Assembly: GCA_021732665.1 (NCBI GenBank)
Contig: JAKFUL010000006.1
Location: 37-64,036, forward strand
Length of the DNA stretch: 64,000 nt
Direction: 5' to 3'
DNA from: Acetobacteraceae bacterium
GTDB taxonomy: Bacteria > Pseudomonadota > Alphaproteobacteria > Acetobacterales > Acetobacteraceae
Part shown: piece by piece, positions 11,005 through 25,354 of the stretch
Layout: each line of letters begins with the position of its first letter
Position numbering within the stretch: position 1 is the stretch's first letter
Translations under genes and position numbers: made by a program
The notes under the pieces: generated by a model
What the model was told of the DNA's origin: nothing
Database searches by the model: none
What the model saw: only the letters and a program-made list of their open reading frames with translations

Positions 11005-11546
11005 GGGTGATCGCGGGGCTGCACAAGGGCCGCCGGCTGGTGGCGCCCCCGGGCGAGGCGACGAGGCCGACCTCGGACCGGGCGCGGCAGGCGCTGTTCG
11101 ACATGCTGGCGCATGCCCCCTGGGCCGGGCCCATGGAGGGGGCGCGGGTGCTCGATGCCTTCGCGGGCTCCGGCGCGCTGGGGATTGAGGCGCTGTCGCG
11201 CGGCGCCGCCCACGCCAGCTTCATGGAGACCGCCAAGCCGGCACAGGGCGCGATCCGCGCCAATATCGAGACCTGCCGCGAAGGCCCGCGCACCGCACTT
11301 CTTCCGGCCGACGCCACCCGCCCGCCGCGCGCGCCCGCCCCCTGCGACCTGGTGTTTCTCGACCCGCCCTATCGCTCCGGGCTTTTGCCGCGCGCGCTGG
11401 CGGCGCTGGCGGCGCAGGGCTGGTTCGCGCCGGGCGCCGTCCTCTGCCTGGAAATGGCCAGCGACGAGCCGGGCGAATTCGCCGGCGAAATGCTGGCCGA
11501 ACGCGCGCATGGCGCCGCGCGGCTGGTGGTGCTGCGCGCGGCATGA
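11001..11546 (+). CDS. rsmD: 16S rRNA m2G966 methyltransferase
   Basis: RPTSDRARQALF, DAFAGSGALGIEALSRGA, DPPY. Confidence 0.92.
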
Positions 11547-14056
11547 GGCCCGACGACGTGCAGATCGCCTGCGTCATCCCAGCCTTCGGCCAGCCCGGGC
11601 TGCTGGCCGAGGCACTCGCGAGCGTGATGGCCCAGACCCTGCCCGGCGTTGCCGCCGTCGTCGTCGATGATGGCTGCCGCATGCCCGAGACCCGGGAGGT
11701 GGCGCTGGAAGCCGCCAGCCTGCATCCGGGCCGGGTGCATGTGCTGCGCACCGCCAATGGCGGGCTTTCGGCGGCGCGCAACCGGGGCATCGGCCATGCG
11801 CTGGCGGCGTTTCCGCGGGCGCGGGGCATCTACATGCTCGATGCCGACAACCGGATTTTGCCGCGCTTCCTGGAGCGCGGGCTGGCGCTGCTCGACGCCG
11901 CCAGCCCTGAGGTGGGCTGGCTCTACCCCGATATCGACAGCCTGGGCGTCCAGGATTGCGCCGATGTTTCGGGCGAATTCTCCCGCCTCTCCCTGCTGCT
12001 GGACAATTACTGCGAGGCCGGCAGCCTGTTGCAGCGCGGGATGCTGGAGGCCGGGCTGCGCTATGACGAAAGCCTGCGCCAGGGCTGGGAGGATGTGGAA
12101 TTCTGGCTGCGCGGCCTCGATGCCGGCTTCGTCGGCCAATACTGGCCAGATGCAGGCTTTCGCTATCGCCGCCGGGCCGAGAGCATGCTGACCGAGAGCG
12201 ACCGCCTCACGCCGGAATTGCGCGGCGCGATGTGGGCGCGGCACAAGGCGCTGTATCATCCTCGCAGCCTGATGGCGCTGGAGGCGGCGGAGGCGCCGCG
12301 CCACGCCATCCTCACGCCGGGCCGGGACGAGGCGCGGGTGGTGCATGACCCGGCGACGGCAGCGCCGGCCAGGACGCGCGCGGCCTGGCGGGCGGCGATA
12401 TGGGCCGCGCATCGCAACCCGCCGGCGCGGCACCACCCCGCCATCACGGTCTTCGCCGCGCCCGCGGCGCTGGCGGCGCTGCGCGGCCAGGGGCTGCTGC
12501 ATTGGGCCTTCTGGCTGGCCGCGCTGATGCTGCGCGGCCATCCCGCGGTGGGGGTGGTGCTGCGCCCAGCACCCGAGGCCCGGCTGCGGCGCGGCTTCTG
12601 GCCGGACCAGCTGGAGGGGGCGCAGCTGCTCTTCGTCAGCACCGAGGCGATGCTGCGCGGCATCGCGGCGGCGCCGGGGCAGGCCGGCGCCTGGGCCATG
12701 GGCATCCTGGCCGCGCCGCATGCGGTGCGGGTGGAGCTGGAATTGCCGGGCGAGCCGCCCGCGGCCGATGCGGTGGCGGAGTTCCTGGGCGAGGTGGAGG
12801 CCCTGGCCCTGGCCCTGCCCGCCGCCCCCGCCCCCACCTGGCGCCGGCAATGGCGGGTGGCCCGGCACGAGATGGCGCGCCATGCCTTCCAGCGGCAGGA
12901 GATCGGCCTGCCCATGGCGGTGACGCCGAAGGGGCGCAACATCGGCATCATCCAGCCGCTGCACACCAGGGGCGGCGTGGAGCGGGTGCTGCTGCGCCAG
13001 GCGGCGGTGCTGCGGGCGCGCGGCTGGACGCCGCATCTCTTCGTCACCCAGTCGAACGAGGTGGCGCTGCTGCCCGGCATCAACGAGGCCTATGCCAGCG
13101 TCAACTTCCTGCAGGTCAGCGGGCGGGAGGGCTGGAGCGACCCGGAGCGGGCCTATTTCGGCGCCGAGATTTCCGCCTATGGGCAGCATTATTCCTCGGA
13201 CGACGCCTTCGCGGCGCTGCTGGGGATGGATGCGGTGGTGAACACCCATGCCCTGGCCGGCCATGCCCTGGCCAACCGGCTGCGCCGCGCCGGCATCGCC
13301 ACCGTGCTCGGCCTGCACCTGACCGAGCGCGGGCCCTTCGGCGAGCCGATGGGCCAGGCGCATTCGGCGCTGGCCTATGAATATGCCTATGACATGGCCA
13401 CGGTCATCTCGGACAAGCTGCGCGGCTGGTGCCTCGCTCAGGGCTGGCCCGAGAGCAAGCTCATGCTGCTGCGCAACGCGCCGGGCTATCCCAGCCAGGC
13501 CAGCGCCGTCCGCCCGCCGCCGCAGGGGCGGGCGCTGCGCGCTGTCTTCCTCGGCCGTCTGGACGCGCAGAAGGGGCTGGAGCGGCTGGGCCTGATCATC
13601 GCCGCCACCCAGGGCTGGGTGGAGTGGCGGGTGGCCGGCAAAGCCGTGCTGGGCGGGCCGCCGCCGGAGCTCGGTGTGGAAGTCGAACCGCCGGCGGAGA
13701 GTGCCGCCGAGCTGGACGCGCTTTATGGCTGGGCCGATCTGCTGCTGCTGCCCAGCCGCTTCGAGGGCGTGCCGCTGACCATCCTCGAAGCCCAGCGCCT
13801 GGGCTGCGTGCCGATCGCGACCGATGTGGGAGCGGTGGCCGAGATCATCGCCCATGGCGAGGATGGCTGGCTGCTGGAGAATGGCGGGGATGGCGATGTG
13901 GCGGCCGCGGCGGTGGCGGCGCTGCGGGCGCTGGATGCGGATCGCGAGCGGCTGGCGCGGATGTCCCGCCAGGCCGCCACCCGGCTGGAGGCCGCGCGCT
14001 GGGAGGACACGATGGGCGATTTCCTGCGATGGCTGGACGCGAAGGTGCCGGCATGA
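11543..14056 (+). CDS. Bifunctional glycosyltransferase (N-terminal GT2, C-terminal GT4/GT-B)
   Basis: VDDG, GLSAARNRG, LDADN, GWEDVEFW (GT2); GGVERV, GRLDAQKG, PSRFEGVPLTILEA, TDVG (GT4). Confidence 0.88.
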   Translation: MRPDDVQIACVIPAFGQPGLLAEALASVMAQTLPGVAAVVVDDGCRMPETREVALEAASLHPGRVHVLRTANGGLSAARNRGIGHALAAFPRARGIYMLDADNRILPRFLERGLALLDAASPEVGWLYPDIDSLGVQDCADVSGEFSRLSLLLDNYCEAGSLLQRGMLEAGLRYDESLRQGWEDVEFWLRGLDAGFVGQYWPDAGFRYRRRAESMLTESDRLTPELRGAMWARHKALYHPRSLMALEAAEAPRHAILTPGRDEARVVHDPATAAPARTRAAWRAAIWAAHRNPPARHHPAITVFAAPAALAALRGQGLLHWAFWLAALMLRGHPAVGVVLRPAPEARLRRGFWPDQLEGAQLLFVSTEAMLRGIAAAPGQAGAWAMGILAAPHAVRVELELPGEPPAADAVAEFLGEVEALALALPAAPAPTWRRQWRVARHEMARHAFQRQEIGLPMAVTPKGRNIGIIQPLHTRGGVERVLLRQAAVLRARGWTPHLFVTQSNEVALLPGINEAYASVNFLQVSGREGWSDPERAYFGAEISAYGQHYSSDDAFAALLGMDAVVNTHALAGHALANRLRRAGIATVLGLHLTERGPFGEPMGQAHSALAYEYAYDMATVISDKLRGWCLAQGWPESKLMLLRNAPGYPSQASAVRPPPQGRALRAVFLGRLDAQKGLERLGLIIAATQGWVEWRVAGKAVLGGPPPELGVEVEPPAESAAELDALYGWADLLLLPSRFEGVPLTILEAQRLGCVPIATDVGAVAEIIAHGEDGWLLENGGDGDVAAAAVAALRALDADRERLARMSRQAATRLEAARWEDTMGDFLRWLDAKVPA

Positions 14057-15288
14057 GGCTGCTGGTGAGCGATCTGGGCGGGCTGATGGCCAGCCCCGCC
14101 GCGCTGCTGCTCGATGCCGGCATGCCGGCGCCGGGGGTGGGGCTGGCGCTGTGGCGGGCCTCGCCGCTCGGGCCGGATTGGCTGCTGCACCCCGAGGGCG
14201 CGCCAGCCCAGGGCGGCGTGAAGCTTGCGGCGGCGCCGGCCGGGGTGCTGGGCGTGCTGGCGGCCGCGACGCCGGTCTGGCTGGCCGCCTGGCCCGATGA
14301 TCCGCCGCCGGTGCTCGGCGACGTGGCGGCGCTGGCGACCCTGCTGGCGGGCCGGGTGCAGGCGCTGCGGGCGCGCAACGGGGCGCTGCGCGAATCCCTG
14401 GTGACGCTGCGCGCCGAGCATGAGGAGGGCCGCGTCGCCATGACCCGGCTGATGCAGGCGACAGGCCAGGGCTGGCCCGGCGCGCCCCGGCTGGTGCATG
14501 CCGACACGCCCGGCCCCGCCCCCGCACTGCCCGCCGGCCGCACCCGGCTGCGCCGGCTGCTGCCGGCCGAAATCGGCGGGGTTTGCGGCATCGGCCTGCA
14601 CCTCTCGCGGGCCGAATGCGGCCCGGGCAGCGCGCTGCGGCTGCGGCTGCTGGCGCATGAGAGCGAGCGGGTGCTGGGCGCCTGGGTGGTGCCGGGCGAG
14701 GCGCTGGTGGCGGGTTGGCTGGCGCTGGACCTGCCGGTGCCCGCGCCGCCCTGGCGCGAGGGGGCGGCTGTGGAGATCGACATCGACCTGATGACGGGCG
14801 ACCTGCTGGCGCTGCCGGAAGGGCCGGCGCTGCGGCTGTTCCGCGCCGAGGGGCCGCCGCGTTTCACCCGGCCCGCGCATTGGGAAGGTGCCAGCCACGG
14901 GTTGGCGCTGCCGCCCGCCGGCGTGCGGCTGGGGCTGCCCCCCCATGTCTGGGCCGGCGTGCCGCGCCGGCTGACGCTGCGGCCCGGCGAGCACCGCGAG
15001 GTGGTGATGCCCGCCCTGCCGGTGCTGGGGCTGGACCGGCTGCTGGCACGGCTGCGGCTGCATGGCGGCAGCGCGATGCAGGCGGCGCTGCATTGCCCGG
15101 GCAGCGCCTCGGGCTGGCGCGATTTCGACTGGCAGGGCGAGGTGGAGATCGCCCTGCCCTTGCCCGCGGCGCTGCCCGCGACCACAGCCTTGTCGCTGTC
15201 GCTGCGGCAATTGGGTTCGCAGCCCTGCATGGTGGAATGGCAGGGGCTGGTGGGGGTCAGGGCCGGCGAAACAGCCGGCCATCGATGA
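14053..15288 (+). CDS. Uncharacterised glycosyltransferase-associated protein (possibly DUF6212-like)
   Basis: ATGA overlap with the GT stop; host-like codon usage; coiled-coil-like segment then Trp-rich beta-type region; family name tentative. Confidence 0.6.
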   Translation: MRLLVSDLGGLMASPAALLLDAGMPAPGVGLALWRASPLGPDWLLHPEGAPAQGGVKLAAAPAGVLGVLAAATPVWLAAWPDDPPPVLGDVAALATLLAGRVQALRARNGALRESLVTLRAEHEEGRVAMTRLMQATGQGWPGAPRLVHADTPGPAPALPAGRTRLRRLLPAEIGGVCGIGLHLSRAECGPGSALRLRLLAHESERVLGAWVVPGEALVAGWLALDLPVPAPPWREGAAVEIDIDLMTGDLLALPEGPALRLFRAEGPPRFTRPAHWEGASHGLALPPAGVRLGLPPHVWAGVPRRLTLRPGEHREVVMPALPVLGLDRLLARLRLHGGSAMQAALHCPGSASGWRDFDWQGEVEIALPLPAALPATTALSLSLRQLGSQPCMVEWQGLVGVRAGETAGHR

Positions 15289-16135
15289 TGGCGAGGCCGG
15301 CGGCGATGCCGGCCATGCCGATCAGGTGCCGCGCCTCCAGGGTTTCGCCCAGGAACAGCATGCCGAGCGCGAAGCTGGTGATGGGGATGAGCAGCGTGAC
15401 CAGCAGCAGGTTCACCGGCCCCGCCATCTCCATCAGGCGGAAATACAGGATGTAGCCGAGCACGGTGGAGAGGGTGGCGAGCCCGGCCAGCGCACCCAGC
15501 GTGGCCGGTCCGGGCGGCCCTGGGCTTTCCAGCAGCAGCACCGGCGGCAGCAGCAGCAGGCTGGCCACGCTGGTCTGCCCCGCGGCCGCCTGGATGGTGG
15601 GGATGCCGAGGTTGCGGAACCGCCGGCCCCAGACCCCGGCCAGGGCGTAGCTCATGGTGGCCGCCAGCATGGCGAGCGCGGCCAGCGGCGGCGTGGCGGA
15701 AGGGTCGGCCCCGGCCATCACGGCGACGCCGGCCATGCCGAGCGCCACGCCGAGCAAGCGCGGCAGGCTGGCCCGCTCGGCCCCGGCCAGATGCGCCACC
15801 AGCACGCCGAAAAGCGGCGTGGTGGCGTTGAAGATGGAGGCGACGCCCGAGGCCAGGCTGCCCTGCGCCCAGACGATGAGGCTGAAGGGGATGGCATTGT
15901 TCAGCAGCCCCATGCCGAGATGGGCGCGCAGCGCGGCACCATCGCGCCGCACCGGCGCGCCCTGCACAGCGACGATCGCCCAGAGAATGGCCGCCGCCAG
16001 CGCCACCCGGCCGAGCACGATGGAAAGCGGCGGCCATTCCCGCACCGCCACACCGACGAAGAAGAAACTGCCGCCCCACAGCACCGAAAGGGCGATCAGC
16101 AGCACCCAGGCGCGGGCGGAGAGGGTGGGGTTCAT
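15257..16135 (-). CDS. DMT/EamA family transporter
   Basis: LWGGSFFF, NNAIPF, NATTPLF, about 10 hydrophobic helices, FLGE. Confidence 0.9.
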   Translation of the reverse strand: MNPTLSARAWVLLIALSVLWGGSFFFVGVAVREWPPLSIVLGRVALAAAILWAIVAVQGAPVRRDGAALRAHLGMGLLNNAIPFSLIVWAQGSLASGVASIFNATTPLFGVLVAHLAGAERASLPRLLGVALGMAGVAVMAGADPSATPPLAALAMLAATMSYALAGVWGRRFRNLGIPTIQAAAGQTSVASLLLLPPVLLLESPGPPGPATLGALAGLATLSTVLGYILYFRLMEMAGPVNLLLVTLLIPITSFALGMLFLGETLEARHLIGMAGIAAGLAIIDGRLFRRP

Positions 16136-16184
16136 GGCCCTCTTCTGGCCGGGCCGGGCGGCCGGGGCCATCCGCGGGTTGCTG

Positions 16185-16771
16185 TCAGGTCGTGAGCTCG
16201 ATCCAGCGCGCCACGATGAGGCCGCGATAGAGCGCCGCGACATGCATGGCCGATTCCATCTCGCCGCCGCGCAGCAGCGCCATGATCTCGGCGCGCGTCA
16301 TCACCACCACCTCGATGGTCTCGCCCGGCTCGGGGGTGGGGTCGGCCACCCTTTGGCAATGCTCGATCAGGATGATGCGGCAGCGGTTGTTGTTGCGGTT
16401 GCCGTCGGGCAGCAGGGTGCCGATCTCGCGCGGGCTCTGGCCGCGATAGCCGGTCTCCTCCAGCAATTCGCGCGCGGCGGCGGCCAGCGCGTTCTCGCCC
16501 TGGTCGATGACGCCGCCGGGGGTCTCCAACACGAATTCGCGGATGCCCTGGCGCCATTGGCGCAGCAGGACGATCTCCTGGTGCTCGGTGATCGCCACGA
16601 CCATCACCCAGTCGGGGAAGTCCAGCACCCACCAGGGGTCCATCTCATGGCCATGGGGGGTGCGGACATGCTCGGCATCGAGCCGGAGATGGGGATCATC
16701 CACCACGCGGCGGCGCGACAGCGTCTCCCAGCCGCCGGGCGGGGGAGGCGCGTCGCGCTCCCGTCCGCCGT

Positions 16772-16775
<4 letters not shown>
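16185..16775 (-). CDS. NUDIX hydrolase (ADP-ribose pyrophosphatase-like)
   Basis: Nudix box [25 protein letters not shown]; GTG start overlaps the gcvP stop. Confidence 0.85.
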
Positions 16776-19650
<2,875 letters not shown>

Positions 19651-19651
<1 letters not shown>

Positions 19652-20022
19652 CACAGGGTCTCCACGAAGGCGGCGTAGGCGTTCTCGTCCATCAGGTCGT
19701 CCGGCAGCGCGCCGCTGGGCTCGATCCTGAAGAACCAGCCCTTGGCGGTGGGGTCGCTGTTGATCAAGGCGGGGTTGTCGACAAGGGCGGAATTCACCTC
19801 CACCACGCGGCCGGCGAGGGGGGCATAGACGTCGCTGGCCGCCTTCACGCTTTCGACGACGGCGATGGCCTCGCCCTGCGCGACCTCGCGGCCGATCTCC
19901 GGCAGGTCGACGAAGACGACATCGCCCAGCGCGTTCTGGGCGTGGTCGGTGATGCCCACGGTGGCGATGTCGCCTTCCAGGCGCAGCCACTCATGGTCCT
20001 TGGAGAATTTCATGTCAGACAT
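19651..20022 (-). CDS. gcvH: Glycine cleavage H protein
   Basis: [19 protein letters not shown], lipoyl-Lys motif VESVKAASD. Confidence 0.96.
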
Positions 20023-20033
20023 GGCGGGGCCTC

Positions 20034-21125
20034 TCAGCGTGCGTAGCGATGGGGATGGAAGGGAAGCGGCGCGACACGGGCGGGAAGCCCTTTGCCGCGC
20101 ACCAGAAGGTCGAGGGGTGTGCCGTCGGCTGCGTGTTCGCGCGCCACGTAACCCATGGCGACGGGGGCATTGACCGAGGGGCCGAAGCCGCCGGAGGTGA
20201 TCTCGCCGATCGTGGCGCCGCCGGCCTGGATGGGGGTGTGGCCGCGGGCGGGCTGGCGACCCTCGGGTTGGATGCCGACGCGCAGGCGGGTCACGCCGTG
20301 GTCGAGTTGGTTCCGGATGGTCTCGGCGCCGGGGAAATTCCACTCCATGCGGCGGCGCTTGCCGATGGACCAGACGAGGTTGGCCTCCACCGGGCTGGTG
20401 CTCTCATCGATGTCGTTGCCGTAGAGGCAGAGGCCGGCTTCCAGGCGCAACGAATCGCGGGCGCCGAGGCCCGCGGGCAGCACGCCGGGCAGGGCCAGCA
20501 ATTTGCGCGCGAAGGCGGCGGCGGCCTCGGCGGGCACGGAAATCTCCACCCCATCCTCGCCGGTATAGCCGGAGCGGGAGATGATCATCCCATCGCCAGC
20601 CCAGACACCCATGAATTTCAGCGCGGCCACATCGGGCAGCAGCGTGGCCAGCGCGGCCACGGCGCCCGGGCCTTGCAGGGCCAGCAGCGCGCGGTCGGGC
20701 AGCGCGCGCAGCGTGACGCCGGCGGGCAGCACGGATTCGATCAGCGGCAGATCCACATGCTTGCGGCTGGCGTTCACCACCAGGAAAAGCCTGTCCCCCA
20801 TGTTCGAGAACATGAAATCATCGACGATGCCGCCCTGCGGGTTCAGCAGAACGCCATAGCGCTGCCGCCCGGGCTTGAGGCCCTGGACATCGGCGGGCGT
20901 CAGCTTTTCCAGCGCGGCGGCCGCGCCTTCGCCCACCAACTCGGCCTGGCCCATATGGGAGACATCGAACAGCCCGGCCGCGGCGCGGGTGTGCAGATGC
21001 TCGGCCATGATGCCGGGGGCGTATTGCACGGGCATGGAATAGCCGGCGAAGGGCACCATGCGGCCGCCCAATTCGCGGTGCAAAGCGGCCAAAGGTGTTT
21101 CAAGCAAGTCCTGGGTATCGGCCAC
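20034..21125 (-). CDS. gcvT: Aminomethyltransferase (T protein)
   Basis: [41 protein letters not shown]. Confidence 0.96.
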   Translation of the reverse strand: MADTQDLLETPLAALHRELGGRMVPFAGYSMPVQYAPGIMAEHLHTRAAAGLFDVSHMGQAELVGEGAAAALEKLTPADVQGLKPGRQRYGVLLNPQGGIVDDFMFSNMGDRLFLVVNASRKHVDLPLIESVLPAGVTLRALPDRALLALQGPGAVAALATLLPDVAALKFMGVWAGDGMIISRSGYTGEDGVEISVPAEAAAAFARKLLALPGVLPAGLGARDSLRLEAGLCLYGNDIDESTSPVEANLVWSIGKRRRMEWNFPGAETIRNQLDHGVTRLRVGIQPEGRQPARGHTPIQAGGATIGEITSGGFGPSVNAPVAMGYVAREHAADGTPLDLLVRGKGLPARVAPLPFHPHRYAR

Positions 21126-21164
21126 AAATCCCCCAGCCACATCCGTGGCGGTTGAGTTTCGTGA

Positions 21165-21356
21165 CCCCCCTCTGTCCATGGGACCTGAGAGATTCATGGC
21201 TGGAGCGAGCCACTTTCTCCTTCGGTGCCGGCCACCTTTCGGCGCCGGGCTTTCCAGAGTTCCCTATTCCACGCGGCCCTTGGTGCCTGAGCGTTTCCGG
21301 GGGCCGGTTGCGCCTTCGGCGGAGGCCCCTTCAGGCCCCTCTCTCCCGCGCGGAAT
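21165..21356 (-). promoter_or_regulatory. Tandem glycine riboswitch
   Basis: Minus strand carries two aptamers, GGAGAG..CGCCGAAGGCGCAA..GAAACGCTCAGGC and CTCTGGAAAG..CACCGAAGGAG..AATCTCTCAGGT..GGACAGAG, directly upstream of gcvT. Confidence 0.93.
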
Positions 21357-21455
21357 CAACGGGTGGGAGTGGGATACAGGCTGGGCCGCGCCGGCGCAAC
21401 GGCGGGGTTGGGGGTTTTCCGGCTCGTCGGCGCGGCCAGAGCGGGGTATTGCCCG

Positions 21456-22061
21456 ATGATGCGAAGGCTTGTGGCGCTTTTCCTGGCAATCCTGTTGGCG
21501 GGCTGCGCTTCGGCGCCCAGGCCGCTGCCCTGCGACCCGGGCGCCGGCACCGGGCTGGGGGTCTGGCTGCTCGATCGCGGCTGGCACACCGAGCTGGCGC
21601 TGCCGCCGGGCAGCCTGGAGCCGGCGCTGCTGGGGCTGGCCGGGCGACCGGGGGCGGGCTTCGTGGCCTTCGGCTTCGGCAAGCGCGATTTCGTGCTGGC
21701 CGAGGGCCCCGATCTTGCCGCCTGGCTCACCGGCCCAATTCCCGGGCCGGCGGTGGTGGAGGTGACGACGCGGCCCTGGCTGCCGGATGGCGCGATCTGG
21801 CTGCCGCTCAGCCAGCAGGGGCTGGCGGCATTGCAGGGCTTTCTGGCGGCGAGCGTGACGCCCGACCTGGCGCCGGTGCGGGTGCATGGCCGGCAAAGCT
21901 TCTTCGCCGCCACGCGCGGCTACAGCCTGAACTTCACCTGCAACACCTGGGTGGCCGAGGCGCTGGCCGTGGCGGGGCTGCCGGTACGCGCCGACGGCGT
22001 TCGGCTGACCCGCGGCGTGCTGGGCCAGGTGGCCAGGCTGCCGCGCGCCTGCGCTGTCTAG
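21456..22061 (+). CDS. DUF2459-like lipoprotein
   Basis: LAGC lipobox, [25 protein letters not shown]. Confidence 0.7.
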   Translation: MMRRLVALFLAILLAGCASAPRPLPCDPGAGTGLGVWLLDRGWHTELALPPGSLEPALLGLAGRPGAGFVAFGFGKRDFVLAEGPDLAAWLTGPIPGPAVVEVTTRPWLPDGAIWLPLSQQGLAALQGFLAASVTPDLAPVRVHGRQSFFAATRGYSLNFTCNTWVAEALAVAGLPVRADGVRLTRGVLGQVARLPRACAV

Positions 22062-22591
22062 CGCTGCCCCCGCCGCCGATTCGCAGCCAACTCAGCCTCC
22101 GTCAGCAGGAAGCCCACCAGGATGGAATAATCATTGCCTCGGCGCGTTTCCGACACCGGCAGGATCAGCTCGATCGGCTCCGACGTCACCCGCGTGCGGG
22201 TGCTGTTGGCGGGGAAGGTGATTTCCTGGGCGAAGCTCTGCCGGCTGAGCACATTGCCCGAACGGTCGGTCACGCCCACCACGATGGGAATGGTCTGGCT
22301 GCGCGCGCCGCTGGCGGCGGGGCCGCGATCGACCTGCATCGAGACACCGAACTGCACGACCACCGCGCGGTCGTTGCGGGCGCGGCTGCAGCGGCCATTC
22401 TCGATCCCCACCAGGCGGGCATCGATGATGAGGTTGGTGAGGTCGGGCTGGGAGTTTTCCCGGTAGCGCGTCAGGTCCACCGCATCGGAGAGCAGGCCGG
22501 GGGTGGGGCAGGCCACCAGCAGATCCTCGGTGCGTGGGCCGCTGCTGCAGGCAGCCATTGCCAGGAGAGCGCCCAAAGCCAGTCGATGCAT
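22058..22591 (-). CDS. Hypothetical lipoprotein
   Basis: AMAAC lipobox, host-like codon usage, C-terminal [19 protein letters not shown]. Confidence 0.7.
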   Translation of the reverse strand: MHRLALGALLAMAACSSGPRTEDLLVACPTPGLLSDAVDLTRYRENSQPDLTNLIIDARLVGIENGRCSRARNDRAVVVQFGVSMQVDRGPAASGARSQTIPIVVGVTDRSGNVLSRQSFAQEITFPANSTRTRVTSEPIELILPVSETRRGNDYSILVGFLLTEAELAANRRRGQR

Positions 22592-22684
22592 GCACCATAC
22601 CCCTGTTGCGGCTGGCCACCCCGTGACCCTGCCTGTAAGAACGCCTCATATGCCCCGAACCCCAGCACTTCGGAAGTGACGCCC

Positions 22685-23665
22685 ATGCCCGACAATGTCT
22701 CCGCCCTGGGCTCCAAGCCCGAACTGCACGTGCTGCTGGCCGGCCCGCGCGGCTTCTGCGCCGGCGTCGACCGGGCGATCAAGATCGTCGAGGAGGCGAT
22801 CCGGCAATATGGCGCGCCGGTCTATGTCCGGCACGAGATCGTCCACAACCGCTTCGTGGTGGAAAGCCTGGAGAAGCAGGGGGCGGTCTTCGTCGAGGAA
22901 CTCGATGAAATCCCCGATGACGGCAAGCCCGTGGTGTTCTCCGCCCATGGCGTGCCCAAGGCCATTCCTTCCGAGGCCGAACGCCGAAAAATGTTCTATC
23001 TCGACGCCACCTGCCCGCTGGTCAGCAAGGTGCATCGCGAGGCGGAGCATCACCATGCCCGCGGCCGGCACATCCTGATGATCGGCCATGACCATCACCC
23101 CGAGGTGATCGGCACCATGGGGCAATTGCCCGAGGGCAGCGTGACCCTGGTGGAGGATGAGGCGCAGGCCCGCGCGGTGCTGCCGCCCGAGGGCGTGGCG
23201 CTGGCCTATATCACCCAGACCACGCTTTCGGTCGACGACACGGCGGAGATGGTGCGGGTGCTGACCGAGCGCTTTCCCTCCATCGCGGCGCCGGCGAAGG
23301 AGGATATCTGCTACGCCACCACCAACCGCCAGGCTGCGGTGAAGGCGATCGCCCATCGGGCCGATTTGATGATCGTGGTCGGCGCGCCGAATTCCTCGAA
23401 CTCGCTCAGGCTGGTGGAGGTGGCGCAGCGCGCGGGTGCCACCCGCTCCATCATGGTGCAGCGCGGCCGCGACCTGGATCTGGCGGTGCTGGAGGGGGTG
23501 GGCACGGTGGGGGTGACCGCCGGCGCCTCCGCGCCGGAAGTGCTGGTGGAGGAGGTGCTGGACCGGCTGCGCGAGCGTTTCTCGCTGCGCACCGAGGAGG
23601 TGGTGGTGGCGGAGGAGAAGATCATCTTCAAGCTGCCCGCGGCACTGACCCAAGGCCCAGTCTGA
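22685..23665 (+). CDS. ispH: 4-hydroxy-3-methylbut-2-enyl diphosphate reductase
   Basis: [51 protein letters not shown]. Confidence 0.97.
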   Translation: MPDNVSALGSKPELHVLLAGPRGFCAGVDRAIKIVEEAIRQYGAPVYVRHEIVHNRFVVESLEKQGAVFVEELDEIPDDGKPVVFSAHGVPKAIPSEAERRKMFYLDATCPLVSKVHREAEHHHARGRHILMIGHDHHPEVIGTMGQLPEGSVTLVEDEAQARAVLPPEGVALAYITQTTLSVDDTAEMVRVLTERFPSIAAPAKEDICYATTNRQAAVKAIAHRADLMIVVGAPNSSNSLRLVEVAQRAGATRSIMVQRGRDLDLAVLEGVGTVGVTAGASAPEVLVEEVLDRLRERFSLRTEEVVVAEEKIIFKLPAALTQGPV

Positions 23666-23672
23666 CGCGGAA

Positions 23673-24644
23673 GTGGCCGTCTATACCGAAGTCTCCGACG
23701 AGGCGCTGCGCGCCTTCCTGACCGATTACGGGCTCGGCGAGCTGGTCGCCTTCCGCGGCATCGCCGAGGGGGTGGAGAACAGCAATTTTGCCCTGAAGAC
23801 CACCACCGGGGACTATATCCTCACGCTGTATGAGCGCCGGGTGGACCCGGCGGAGCTGCCCTGGTTCCTGGGGCTGATGGAGCATCTGGTCGGCCATGGG
23901 CTGGATTGCCCGGCGCCGGTGCGCGGGCGCGATGGCGAGGCGCTGCGCGCGCTGGCTGGCCGGCCCGCCGCGATCTGCACCTTCCTGCCCGGCGTCTGGC
24001 CACGCCGGGTGCGGCCGGAGCATCTGGCGCCGCTGGGCGAGGCGCTGGCGCGGCTGCATGTGGCGGGCGGCGATTTCGCGCCGACACGCCCCAATGCCCT
24101 GGGGCCGCCGGGCTGGGCGCCGCTGCTGGAGCGCTGCCGCGCCGATGGCGATGCGGTGCAGCCCGGGCTGGTGGCGGCGCTGGATCAGGCGCTGGCCGGG
24201 ATTTTGGCGCAATGGCCGGTGGGGCTTCCGGTGGGGCACATCCACGCCGATCTGTTCCCCGACAATGTCTTCTTCCTGGAGCGGGAGGGCGTGCCGCAGG
24301 TCTCCGGCCTGATCGATTTCTATTTCGCCTGCACCGACCTGCTGGCCTATGACATCGCGGTCTGCCTGAACGCCTGGTGCTTCGAGCTGGATTTCTCCTT
24401 CAATGTGACCAAGGCGCGGGCGCTGCTGCGGGGCTATTCGGCGGTGCGGTCGCTTTCGGGGGCGGAGCGGGCTGCGCTGCCAGTGCTGGCGCGCGGGGCG
24501 GCGCTGCGCTTCCTGCTGACCCGGCTGTTCGATTGGGTGAATACGCCGGCGGGGGCGATGGTCACCCGCAAGGATCCTTTGGAATATTTTCGAAAACTGC
24601 GGTTCTTCCTGAGTGCCGAAAACGCGGAGGCCGTGGGTGGATAA
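23673..24644 (+). CDS. thrB: Homoserine kinase (type II)
   Basis: [34 protein letters not shown]. Confidence 0.94.
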   Translation: MAVYTEVSDEALRAFLTDYGLGELVAFRGIAEGVENSNFALKTTTGDYILTLYERRVDPAELPWFLGLMEHLVGHGLDCPAPVRGRDGEALRALAGRPAAICTFLPGVWPRRVRPEHLAPLGEALARLHVAGGDFAPTRPNALGPPGWAPLLERCRADGDAVQPGLVAALDQALAGILAQWPVGLPVGHIHADLFPDNVFFLEREGVPQVSGLIDFYFACTDLLAYDIAVCLNAWCFELDFSFNVTKARALLRGYSAVRSLSGAERAALPVLARGAALRFLLTRLFDWVNTPAGAMVTRKDPLEYFRKLRFFLSAENAEAVGG

Positions 24645-25080
24645 GATCGAGATCTGGACCGATGGCGGCTCCAAGCCCAATCCGGGGCCGGGGGGGTGGG
24701 CCGCCATTCTGCGGTTTGGCGCGGCGGAGAAGGAAATCTGGGGCGGCGAGCCGGCCACCACCAACAACCGCATGGAGCTGACGGCGGCGATCATGGCGCT
24801 GGAGGCGCTGAAGCGGCCCTGCCAGGTGATCCTGCACACCGACAGTGAATATGTCCGCAACGGCATGGACAAATGGATCAAGGGCTGGGTGCGCAACAAT
24901 TGGCGCAACGCGGCGCGCGAACCGGTGAAGAATTTCGAGCTGTGGCAGCGGCTTTTGGCCGCCGCCAAGCCGCATCAGGTGGAGTGGCGCTGGGTGCGCG
25001 GGCATGCGGGGGATGTGATGAATGAGCGGGCGGATGTGCTGGCGACGAGGGGGCGGGAGGAGCTTTCCGGCACGCGCTGA
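24637..25080 (+). CDS. rnhA: Ribonuclease HI
   Basis: [36 protein letters not shown]. Confidence 0.96.
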   Translation: MDKIEIWTDGGSKPNPGPGGWAAILRFGAAEKEIWGGEPATTNNRMELTAAIMALEALKRPCQVILHTDSEYVRNGMDKWIKGWVRNNWRNAAREPVKNFELWQRLLAAAKPHQVEWRWVRGHAGDVMNERADVLATRGREELSGTR

Positions 25081-25132
25081 GCGCGTGCGGCGAAAACTGG
25101 AAGCGGCCGGGCGGTAATGCTATTTCTCCCCG

Positions 25133-25354
25133 ATGGGTATTCTGACGCGTGACACCGAGAGGCTGATCGAGGCGAAGGCCAGCCAGTCCGGCGAGGCACA
25201 GGATGCGCTTGTCCGGCGCCTGCTGCTCGCCTGCAACGCCCCCCGCGGGCGGTTTGACGCGGCGACGGTGCGGCGCATCCAGCAGCGGGTCGCGGCCTTG
25301 CCAGCCCTGGATGAACGACCGCTCGGCGCGCTGCGCGACGCCCTCTGGGAGTGA
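25133..25354 (+). CDS. vapB: VapB-type antitoxin
   Basis: 73 aa, 4-nt overlap with the PIN toxin gene, N-terminal RHH-like pattern. Confidence 0.7.
   Translation: MGILTRDTERLIEAKASQSGEAQDALVRRLLLACNAPRGRFDAATVRRIQQRVAALPALDERPLGALRDALWE

Noticed and set aside
11369-14527. 1052-aa antisense ORF and many other long overlapping ORFs (e.g. 2293..4134, 13845..16079, 36089..38290, 43791..45788)
   Set aside because: Shadow frames of real genes in very GC-rich DNA; Arg/Pro/Ala-rich with no motifs
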